From positions 1 through 24,347 of the IMG/VR virus record IMGVR_UViG_3300020403_000085: DNA of 24,347 bases. One strand, 5' to 3'. The DNA is from a virus (Duplodnaviria; Caudoviricetes). Within the stretch, counting starts at the first letter, position 1; the number at the start of each line of letters is the position of its first letter. The position numbers were made by a program, and so were the translations under genes. This document shows positions 1-6,745 of this stretch, piece by piece. The notes beneath the pieces are model-generated. The model saw only the letters and a program-made list of their open reading frames with translations. It was not told the DNA's origin and searched no databases.

Positions 1-1
1 T

Positions 2-370
2 GGCAAAAGACTAGGAACAAAAGGCGATTCCATTGCTGGCAAAAGCAAACAAATGTTAGAGCTGCGTAAGGATGATAAATCAAATGCAATAACAACAGTT
101 GGTAAAGATAGTGTGGTGGCTTCTAAAATTAGAGAAAAATCAAAGACTGTTAGATCTGGTGGCAGAGGATCATACGATAGACATGAATGGGATAGTGTTG
201 ACGAACTACATTGGCGCAAGCTAACTTGTCGTGAGTGTGAAGCATTACAAACAGTGCCGAGAGATTATACTGCGGGTGTGTCTAACACACAGCGCTACCG
301 CATGCTCGGAAATGGCTGGTGCGTAGCAGTAATCGAACACATATATCAAAACATGGAACACGATGAGTAA
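2..370 (+). CDS. C5 DNA cytosine methyltransferase, C-terminal part (5'-truncated by window)
   Basis: The frame is open from position 2 (GKRLGTKGDSIAGKSKQMLE...). It ends with motif IX/X-like WRKLTCRECEALQTVPRDYT..VSNTQRYRMLGNGWCVAVIEHI. The catalytic PC motif is outside the window. Confidence 0.85.
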   Translation, partial: GKRLGTKGDSIAGKSKQMLELRKDDKSNAITTVGKDSVVASKIREKSKTVRSGGRGSYDRHEWDSVDELHWRKLTCRECEALQTVPRDYTAGVSNTQRYRMLGNGWCVAVIEHIYQNMEHDE

Positions 371-596
371 AGATAACGTCATTCACTTAGAGGATGTGGC
401 TAGTCGTTTCCGGGACCTTTGTACCATGCAGATTGAAGCCTTAGAAGATCAGCTGCCGAATGTAACCAACCTATTAGAAAAAGACCAAATCCTAAAAGAA
501 ATTGATGCACTCAACGATCTTGCAGATAACTGCAATCGTGAGGCAGAAATATTAATCAAAGAATATAAAAGGAGGAGAGATGAAAGCAAATCTTGA
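363..596 (+). CDS. hypothetical protein, 77 aa, helical/coiled-coil
   Basis: ORF overlaps the MTase stop and is part of a tightly packed run of small genes. Confidence 0.75.
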   Translation: MSKDNVIHLEDVASRFRDLCTMQIEALEDQLPNVTNLLEKDQILKEIDALNDLADNCNREAEILIKEYKRRRDESKS

Positions 597-753
597 ACAC
601 GGCCAACGTGTAAAATTATTAGGTCATGCCATATTCGGATATTTTTATGGCTATAATGACGAGGGTAAGGTTAGATTCCTAGACGAAGAAACTAACCAGG
701 TAAGTTTTGTTGATAAAGATGATTTGGAGGAAACTTATGAGAAGTGGAGCTGA
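580..753 (+). CDS. hypothetical protein, 57 aa (not in ORF track)
   Basis: ATG at 580 follows AAGGAGGAG. Translation MKANLEHGQRVKLLGHAIFGYFYGYNDEGKVRFLDEETNQVSFVDKDDLEETYEKWS*. It fills the gap between its neighbours. Confidence 0.8.
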   Translation: MKANLEHGQRVKLLGHAIFGYFYGYNDEGKVRFLDEETNQVSFVDKDDLEETYEKWS

Positions 754-907
754 AAAAGAAATCTATGTGCCGACTTTTCAAGATTGGTACACAGAAAATT
801 CTAGTGAGCGTCGCAAAGACCAACTTGAGCCATACTCAAAAGAAGAGGCTAAGAGAATCTATGACGAGCTCGTAAAGCAAGGCTTTGACTTTCCTGTTTG
901 GAATTAG
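737..907 (+). CDS. hypothetical protein, 56 aa
   Basis: Start reassigned from 707 to ATG 737, which has GGAGG at 726-730. MRSGAEKEIYVPTFQDWY... Confidence 0.75.
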   Translation: MRSGAEKEIYVPTFQDWYTENSSERRKDQLEPYSKEEAKRIYDELVKQGFDFPVWN

Positions 908-909
908 TT

Positions 910-1161
910 ATGCCACACATACCGCCGATACCTTTTCATAATAAGGAAAGTAAAAAAAATTTTGACTTTGCAGAAAACATTTACTTAGCCATGTTTTACT
1001 TTATGCCTACCGACACAGTTGCGGCTTTAGAAAAACATTATTTAGTCAATAAAAAAGCTGTAGCAACTATGCAGCGCATGAGTCCCAAGCATTACGATAA
1101 ATTAATCGAAGATTTTAAGACAAGAAAAAAAGAAATCCTAGAGAAAGATACTAAGGATTAA
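910..1161 (+). CDS. hypothetical protein, 83 aa
   Basis: ATG 910 lies 2 nt after the upstream stop. The ORF overlaps the end of the convergent 787-aa gene. Confidence 0.7.
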   Translation: MPHIPPIPFHNKESKKNFDFAENIYLAMFYFMPTDTVAALEKHYLVNKKAVATMQRMSPKHYDKLIEDFKTRKKEILEKDTKD

Positions 1162-3514
1162 ATATATCGATATTGTCGATTGAAAAAGGTTTTAGGACAG
1201 CTCCACCAATCGCAAAGTTAGAAAAGCCTTCCTCAAGTATTTTCTTTTTCATTTCTGGCGTGATGTAGATGATGTTGGCGTCAAATCTTTCTCCTCCAGT
1301 TCCATAAGGATCTAATCTTACATCCCCTGGTTTGGGTTTATAAATATCGTCTAAATCTAATTTCCCTTTCTCAAACTTACCGCCGTATTTATTTGCTAGC
1401 TTTTTCATGGCCGAGGGTATCTTCTGATCGTATAGAGTTTCATAAAACTTGCTATACTGATCGGTATATCTCGCTTTGATTGGAGCGGAGCTTGATACAG
1501 AAATAGCATCGGAACCCTCTTCAATCGCGTCCATGAGTAGTTGTTTCAGTGACATGGCATACCAATCGTCTTTGAAAGGGTAGTTAGGAACTCTTGCTTC
1601 TTTAGCAGATGCAATTTTGAAAGCTGGTTTCAAGGCGTCATCAAAAGGTGTAAATGCAGCTATATCTTCTAAAGTTGCACCTTTGCCCACCCCTAATTCG
1701 TTCAAACTATTTATAGCATCAAACATAATTCTTCTAGCATCGTTCATTCTAACAAGAGAATATCTGTCTTGAGGATTTCTAGCATAAAGTTCCTCTGCAT
1801 CTGCTATTTGTCTTTTTATTTGATTTATGTCTACAGATCCAATAGTAACTCTATCTCCCATGGCATCTTCGAGCTTTGGCAATATCCTATTTTTAAGTTT
1901 TGTAAACTCAGTACTAATACCAGAGGACATTTTTCCTAACTGTATTGCATCTTCTGCATCGAGCTCTGGTGTAGAGTAACCATCTCTCGAACCTTTAGTA
2001 TGCAAATCCGATTGTAGCTCGTCGACATGCAAAGTTTGTTTGCCGTCGGCTAGTTTTCTGTTTCGAATCAGAGCGCTAGATATTTGACTGAGCTCGTCGA
2101 AATGATTTTGCACGCCATGTTCTACTGGTGCGTTTTCCCAAGTAAATACAACTTCGCGGTAATTATCTCCGCCAGGTAATGTTTTATCTACATCACCTTT
2201 GTAACGTGTTTCCGTGGATAAATAATCTGTTTCGCCTGGTAGTCGTAGCGGATCGCCGCCTTCTTCTAAGGCGTTTCGTAATTGTATTTGTGCCTCGGTA
2301 CGGCTGTAAGCAACATTATCTGGATCAGTCACTCTTTTACCGCCTACAAAAAGTTGGTAACCAGCTAAATCGTTGCCAAAAGCAAAAGTATTATCTGCTA
2401 TGTCAACATCGTAGACTTGGTTGGTAGATTTTGGTACGACTAATTCGTATGGATCGTTAAAATATTGGGCTTTTGCAAAGTTGTCTATCAAATCATCTAG
2501 GCTTTCGTTTCTAGCTGATAAATAATTATCAACATCAGAAATGGTCATGGCTCCAGCCTGTGGATTGCTTTGGTTGAAAAAGTCTATGACTTCTTGCGTT
2601 GTGTAATTATCACCTTGTTCTATGTCATAACGTGTATCTTCTATTATATTTTGATAATTTTTATAAGTAGGATCTAGCGGATCAAATTCTGGAGTAGAAA
2701 TATCAAAGTCTATCTCCGGTGCATCTGCATTGTGGAAATAAGTGTTTTTTCCAACCACGACTTTATTATCGCTTACGCCCTCGACTACTTCGTTGATAGT
2801 TGCTTTGGGATTAGTGGCAACAAACTCATCTATACCTAGATATTCTAACTCTTTGGGTTTGACGCCTTTGTTGGCGTTTGCATTAAGCCATTCAGTAATT
2901 TGTTTACCTTTTAAGTTTGGTGGTGCACTTTTAAGTAAGGCCTCCAAAGATGGCGATACAAAGCCGTATTCATCTTTGGCAAATTTGTCTAAATTTTCTT
3001 TGAGCGCAGCTTTGGTTGCATCTGTACCTTTGAGTGCCTCAATGCCTGTGGAAGTTTTCTTTGCTTTTGCAATCATGCCTGGAACCGCACTTAAAGCTCC
3101 AACACCTTTTAAGACAGAACCAACAGTTGCTCCAAGTAGAGGTCCGACAAAGGGTGCTGCATAAGTTGCATCTCCCAAAACACCTAGTCCTTGTAGTGGA
3201 GCTATCACATATCTGTCGATACCTCCTGCGGCTATGTTTTCACTAATGCTGGGCATAGGATCGCCAGCAAAAGCATCTTCTAGCGCTACATCTGGTCCGG
3301 GGAACTCTGGAAAATTACCAGTTGCATCTGCTATGCCTGCGCCCGGTGCAAAAATAGCTCCTATATAAGCGGTCTGTGCTGGTGTTAGTTGTGCTCGGTC
3401 TTCTGAATTGTAATAAATACCTGTTCCTGGCAGTGGACTGCCGATAGATGAAAAAGCAGACAGGTCGCTCTGTTGTATTCGCTCTTGCAATGCTTTTCTT
3501 TCATCTTCGGTCAT
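1151..3514 (-). CDS. 787-aa putative internal virion / polyvalent-type protein
   Basis: Gly-rich hydrophobic N-terminal segment (LQGLGVLGD..FVGPLLGATVGSVLKGVGAL). Conserved-looking blocks KGVKPKELEYLG, LPGGDNYRE, HVDELQSDLH and PNYPFKDDW, which I recall from phage virion/polyvalent proteins. C-terminal FAIGGAV tag. Function not established. Confidence 0.55.
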   Translation of the reverse strand: MTEDERKALQERIQQSDLSAFSSIGSPLPGTGIYYNSEDRAQLTPAQTAYIGAIFAPGAGIADATGNFPEFPGPDVALEDAFAGDPMPSISENIAAGGIDRYVIAPLQGLGVLGDATYAAPFVGPLLGATVGSVLKGVGALSAVPGMIAKAKKTSTGIEALKGTDATKAALKENLDKFAKDEYGFVSPSLEALLKSAPPNLKGKQITEWLNANANKGVKPKELEYLGIDEFVATNPKATINEVVEGVSDNKVVVGKNTYFHNADAPEIDFDISTPEFDPLDPTYKNYQNIIEDTRYDIEQGDNYTTQEVIDFFNQSNPQAGAMTISDVDNYLSARNESLDDLIDNFAKAQYFNDPYELVVPKSTNQVYDVDIADNTFAFGNDLAGYQLFVGGKRVTDPDNVAYSRTEAQIQLRNALEEGGDPLRLPGETDYLSTETRYKGDVDKTLPGGDNYREVVFTWENAPVEHGVQNHFDELSQISSALIRNRKLADGKQTLHVDELQSDLHTKGSRDGYSTPELDAEDAIQLGKMSSGISTEFTKLKNRILPKLEDAMGDRVTIGSVDINQIKRQIADAEELYARNPQDRYSLVRMNDARRIMFDAINSLNELGVGKGATLEDIAAFTPFDDALKPAFKIASAKEARVPNYPFKDDWYAMSLKQLLMDAIEEGSDAISVSSSAPIKARYTDQYSKFYETLYDQKIPSAMKKLANKYGGKFEKGKLDLDDIYKPKPGDVRLDPYGTGGERFDANIIYITPEMKKKILEEGFSNFAIGGAVLKPFSIDNIDIFNP

Positions 3515-3520
3515 GCAAAA

Positions 3521-3529
3521 ATTTTAGCA
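3521..3529 (-). promoter_or_regulatory. extended -10 promoter, probable leaderless start
   Basis: Minus strand TG-C-TAAAAT, 6 nt, then ATG 3514. No Shine-Dalgarno sequence. Confidence 0.6.
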
Positions 3530-3539
3530 CAGACTTAAT

Positions 3540-4100
3540 TTATCTAAAAGGCGGACCATTGAACCAAGCAACAACGACATATCTATCGCCTTTGGTCACA
3601 GGTTTGACTTTATGTGACAAAAAAGAGCTAAATGCTACCACTTCACCCATTTTTGGGCGCGTACAGCTCTCATTTTCGCTGGAACGGAAGCAAATTTCGC
3701 CGCCTTCATAGTCTTCGTTGAGCAAAAGGCTCATACTGATCTTGCGTGTAGCAGCTGTACCCTCTGGTCCTATGTCCAAATGATACTCATAGCCGTTAGA
3801 TGGCGCTTTATAGTGAATTATCTGCGCTTTTTCTATGCCAGTAATGTCATATTTGAAGTATTTATTGGCTGAAAAGGCAATTTTGTTCAAAATTTGATAC
3901 AAACGCGTCTGTTTTTCATCAATATAGTAAATAGTAGCGTCCCGGACAGTCGTTTGCTCGATTTCATCGCCTTTATCGTGCACTTTGGCCACAATACCTT
4001 CGGCTTCAACCACATAATCTAAGAACAGTTCTACATCATCTTGGCTGACAGACAGACCGGTTACGCCGTGATTAGGTAGAATATCAGTTTTCGTCTGCAT
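3540..4100 (-). CDS. 2OG-Fe(II) oxygenase, prolyl-4-hydroxylase/PKHD-like
   Basis: YEYHLD (HxD), RKISMSLLLNEDYEGGE, FSSFLSHKVKPVTKGDRYVVVAW (distal His and Arg). Confidence 0.9.
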   Translation of the reverse strand: MQTKTDILPNHGVTGLSVSQDDVELFLDYVVEAEGIVAKVHDKGDEIEQTTVRDATIYYIDEKQTRLYQILNKIAFSANKYFKYDITGIEKAQIIHYKAPSNGYEYHLDIGPEGTAATRKISMSLLLNEDYEGGEICFRSSENESCTRPKMGEVVAFSSFLSHKVKPVTKGDRYVVVAWFNGPPFR

Positions 4101-4410
4101 GATAATTTAAAGTAAGCTCATCACCCTCGTTAATATGACTTATTGTATGTAAATGAAAAATCCTATAATCGTCCCAATCCAAAAGTTCTATTAAGCAGCA
4201 ATTTGGTGTTTCTGTATGATTTAAAAAACCACCTAAAGGCGTACGAACGTAGCCATTAATAATTGGTATTTTAATGTGAGTCATACCTAAATCTGTATCA
4301 GCTGGTATCTTTTCAGCTGCGAAGAGTCCCAAGCCTTCGATAACACTATTTTTAATCGTTAGATTGTCCGGCAATGGTTTGTAATAAAATTTGTTGAATT
4401 TATAGTTCAT
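4084..4410 (-). CDS. stand-alone SET-domain methyltransferase
   Basis: S.IEGLGLFA (motif I), GGFLNHTETPNC (NHxxxPN), INEGDELTLNY (ELxxxY). Confidence 0.9.
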   Translation of the reverse strand: MNYKFNKFYYKPLPDNLTIKNSVIEGLGLFAAEKIPADTDLGMTHIKIPIINGYVRTPLGGFLNHTETPNCCLIELLDWDDYRIFHLHTISHINEGDELTLNYHADEN

Positions 4411-4832
4411 GTTGTAACCACAAAATGTTTTTCATAGTTCTGCCAGTTGTTTTTCAATGTATCAAGCCAATCATCTATCGCCATGACACAGATCTTGTCG
4501 TTTTCGTGCGGCCACTCCAGGTTAATCGCATACAGGGGTATGCAAACACGAATCGGTCTGCGGTTGAACTTAAATATCAGTACAGGAATCTTACCATTAC
4601 TGGCACTGCAAACTTGATCCCACCAGGCGGACTTTAACCATTCGCCTTCTTTGTAGAATTTGCACTCAACCGCATGAAAGGGTATATCCAAATCGCATAG
4701 GTCTTTTTGTTGGTATTGGTCTAAGTTGCGTTTGGTTTGGAAATCTATGTCATTGTCAGCAAAAAAACCATTGAGGATCTTCGCTATATCACGTTCAAAT
4801 GTTGCGCCTTTATTTCTGGAGTTAATCGGCAT
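4407..4832 (-). CDS. Holliday junction resolvase-like PD-(D/E)XK endonuclease
   Basis: NSRNKGATFERDIA, D...AVECK, WWDQ and PVLIFK motifs of Hjc-like phage resolvases. Confidence 0.85.
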   Translation of the reverse strand: MPINSRNKGATFERDIAKILNGFFADNDIDFQTKRNLDQYQQKDLCDLDIPFHAVECKFYKEGEWLKSAWWDQVCSASNGKIPVLIFKFNRRPIRVCIPLYAINLEWPHENDKICVMAIDDWLDTLKNNWQNYEKHFVVTT

Positions 4833-4838
4833 TGATAA

Positions 4839-4867
4839 AGTTTCTCAAAATTTGCAAAAAATTGCAA
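4839..4867 (-). promoter_or_regulatory. sigma70-type promoter for the resolvase-SET-2OG cluster, probable leaderless start
   Basis: TTGCAA (4867-4862), N17, GAAACT (4844-4839) with TG extension, 6 nt before ATG 4832. The first -10 base is non-consensus. Confidence 0.45.
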
Positions 4868-4875
4868 ACGCATTG

Positions 4876-5165
4876 CAAAATTTTTTTCACAAAATTTTTT
4901 TGCCTTGAGTTTTTCTTGTGATTCAATGTATCAAACCTAGTTATAGCTACAACTACAACGCGCTGCTGTATATACGGGTGGTAGGGGTCCCTAATTAATC
5001 AAATGCCAGCAAAAAAGCCGATCCTAGGGACTCCAATTTGTTGCGCGTTACTGTTGTGCTCACAAGTTGCACATAGTTGCACAAAAGAATACAGGATTGC
5101 ACACCCAAAAAAGCACAGAAAATCAATGACTTACGGCATTTTTTTGTTTTTTTCCAGATTTTTTT
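4876..5165. other. structured non-coding region downstream of terS, candidate packaging (pac/cos) site
   Basis: Nested inverted repeats 4949-4963/5043-5057 and 4984-4993/5025-5034. CAAAATTTTTTT twice (4876-4887, 4890-4901). Three T7 tracts at 5139-5165. Confidence 0.5.
5121..5133 (+). promoter_or_regulatory. IHF binding site
   Basis: AATCAATGACTTA matches the WATCAANNNNTTR consensus exactly, with an upstream A-tract at 5107-5112. Confidence 0.65.
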
Positions 5166-5203
5166 GTTTCTGACCGGAAAGCGCTCCATAGCAAGTTATT
5201 TAT

Positions 5204-5710
5204 CTATTTATCTTTTGCAGAATAGTTTGAGGTTTCAGCACCAAGCAACTGTCCTAATCTTTCTTTGATTTGCTCCCTGCTCATCTTCTCTAGGTTTGCA
5301 TTGATGTTTATGTTCTGGGATCTATTGATTGATAAACCAGCGAGTTGATTTAGCTCTTTGATAGCACTGACCGCTGCATTGAACTGCCCATTTTCGTATG
5401 CACTTTCCATAACTTTCCACAACATTGTGCCAGTCTTTTGTGGAGTGATCGCATATTTTTCTGCGAGCTCATCTTGTTTAATTCGGATAGCTTTAACCAC
5501 ATTTGGATAATCTTTGCCGTTCAATAATTTATTCGCCGACTGACTTGGAAACTCATACCCAGCTTTTCTAGCTGCCTCCGTCATACCGCACGCACCTTCG
5601 GTGTAATGCCAAACAAAGCTGGCCTGCATTTCAGTTAAGCCGTGCTCCTCATCTTTATCAAATTGCAACGGCGCATCGGCGATTGGTTTCTTCTTAATCT
5701 TCTTTGGCAT
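5204..5710 (-). CDS. terS: terminase small subunit
   Basis: LTEMQASFVWHY....GMTEAARKAGY..P...ANKLL (N-terminal HTH), followed by AAVSAIKELNQLAGL. Typical of terminase_2-type TerS. Confidence 0.85.
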   Translation of the reverse strand: MPKKIKKKPIADAPLQFDKDEEHGLTEMQASFVWHYTEGACGMTEAARKAGYEFPSQSANKLLNGKDYPNVVKAIRIKQDELAEKYAITPQKTGTMLWKVMESAYENGQFNAAVSAIKELNQLAGLSINRSQNININANLEKMSREQIKERLGQLLGAETSNYSAKDK

Positions 5711-5712
5711 AT

Positions 5713-5883
5713 CTATTCCTTGCAGTCATGCGTTTTAATATCTTCTATCACAATATACTTTCCACATTTTTCACACATTGCTTTAACTTTCTTGCGTTTA
5801 AATATTCTATCAAACTCTCTATCAAAAACCTTTGGATCATACGGACGTTTTCTTGATCCTTTACCGCCATGCCATTCATTCAT
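5713..5883 (-). CDS. 56-aa basic protein with C-terminal zinc ribbon (not in ORF track)
   Basis: MNEWHGGKGSRKRPYDPKVFDREFDRIFKRKKVKAMCEKCGKYIVIEDIKTHDCKE*. Contains CxxC...HxC. The stop is 2 nt before the terS start. Confidence 0.75.
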   Translation of the reverse strand: MNEWHGGKGSRKRPYDPKVFDREFDRIFKRKKVKAMCEKCGKYIVIEDIKTHDCKE

Positions 5884-5892
5884 AATTCAACC

Positions 5893-6104
5893 AGTGTATA
5901 GAGGGTAGTGTATAACCATTTCTAAATACCCTATTTGTAACCCATAAGAATACCATCTTATAACCACTAAATAATAATATCTTTATATATATATACACTA
6001 TACACTAATAGTAGCTCAAACCCCCATAAATACAGCATTTCAGCATACCCTTTGCTATACCCTTTGCTATACCCTTTTGTTATAAACCTTTGCATATATT
6101 TGCT
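5893..6104. repeat. iteron/AT-rich region, candidate replication origin
   Basis: Tandem 12-mers ATACCCTTTGCT at 6045-6056 and 6057-6068, with degenerate copies to 6104. AGTGTATA twice (5893, 5907) inverted against TATACACT twice (5992, 5999). (TA)6 run at 5984-5995. Confidence 0.6.
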
Positions 6105-6201
6105 AATCTTTATCAAATATCATATACAGCATGAACAAGAGTACGCTCGCAGCAACCATCCCAAACAGTGTACCTAACACTCCAAGCACTATGTCAATCA
6201 T
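6103..6201 (-). CDS. 32-aa single-transmembrane microprotein (not in ORF track)
   Basis: MIDIVLGVLGTLFGMVAASVLLFMLYMIFDKD*. GAGGTG SD upstream. 8-nt overlap with the MT-A70 stop. Confidence 0.7.
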   Translation of the reverse strand: MIDIVLGVLGTLFGMVAASVLLFMLYMIFDKD

Positions 6202-6745
6202 CAATCACCTCATCTCCCCAAACATCCCAGCCGTTTGCTTTTTCTCTTGCAAATAATTCTATTCTTGGCAAATTGCCACACAGTTCTACAATTTTATCTC
6301 TAACTACAACCGGTTTTTTTGAGTGTCTATCAATAGGCTCGTGTACTATTTGATGCACTGATTTTGATACTCTTTTTGGCTTACCCTTTGTGGCTAACAA
6401 ACAAATTTCATTATTTGCTCTTGTCCAATAACCTAAACCCCAAAAGAAACTGTCTGCTTTTTTATTTTTTTTAACCCAACTGAACCCACAAGTTTTATAA
6501 GTAAATCCCCACTCTTCTATTGTTTGCAATCCTTCTTTTAATAAAGGGTAAGTAACCCATAAAAACAGAACACAGTTATCATCTGCAATATTTTGTATTG
6601 GAAGATTGTATATATCTTCTATTTTCATGCAGTCATAATGATTTTCAGCAGATTTTTTTTCTTTGCCTTTTTCAGAATAAGTTTTGAATGTCCAAGGTGG
6701 ATCAGCATATATGATATTGTATTTCTTATTTGGTAATTTAATCAT
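6194..6745 (-). CDS. MT-A70 family adenine methyltransferase
   Basis: KKYNIIYADPPW catalytic motif, LFLWVT, GLGYWTRANNE, HSKKP, RIELFAR. Confidence 0.93.
   Translation of the reverse strand: MIKLPNKKYNIIYADPPWTFKTYSEKGKEKKSAENHYDCMKIEDIYNLPIQNIADDNCVLFLWVTYPLLKEGLQTIEEWGFTYKTCGFSWVKKNKKADSFFWGLGYWTRANNEICLLATKGKPKRVSKSVHQIVHEPIDRHSKKPVVVRDKIVELCGNLPRIELFAREKANGWDVWGDEVIDD

Noticed and set aside
4995-5268. ORFs 4995-5189 (-) and 5077-5268 (+)
   Set aside because: They have non-ATG starts and translations dominated by homopolymer tracts. The region is better explained as a cis-acting site.
6045-6104. Tandem repeats as a CRISPR array
   Set aside because: The units are 12 bp, adjacent and lack spacers. 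No cas genes are present.
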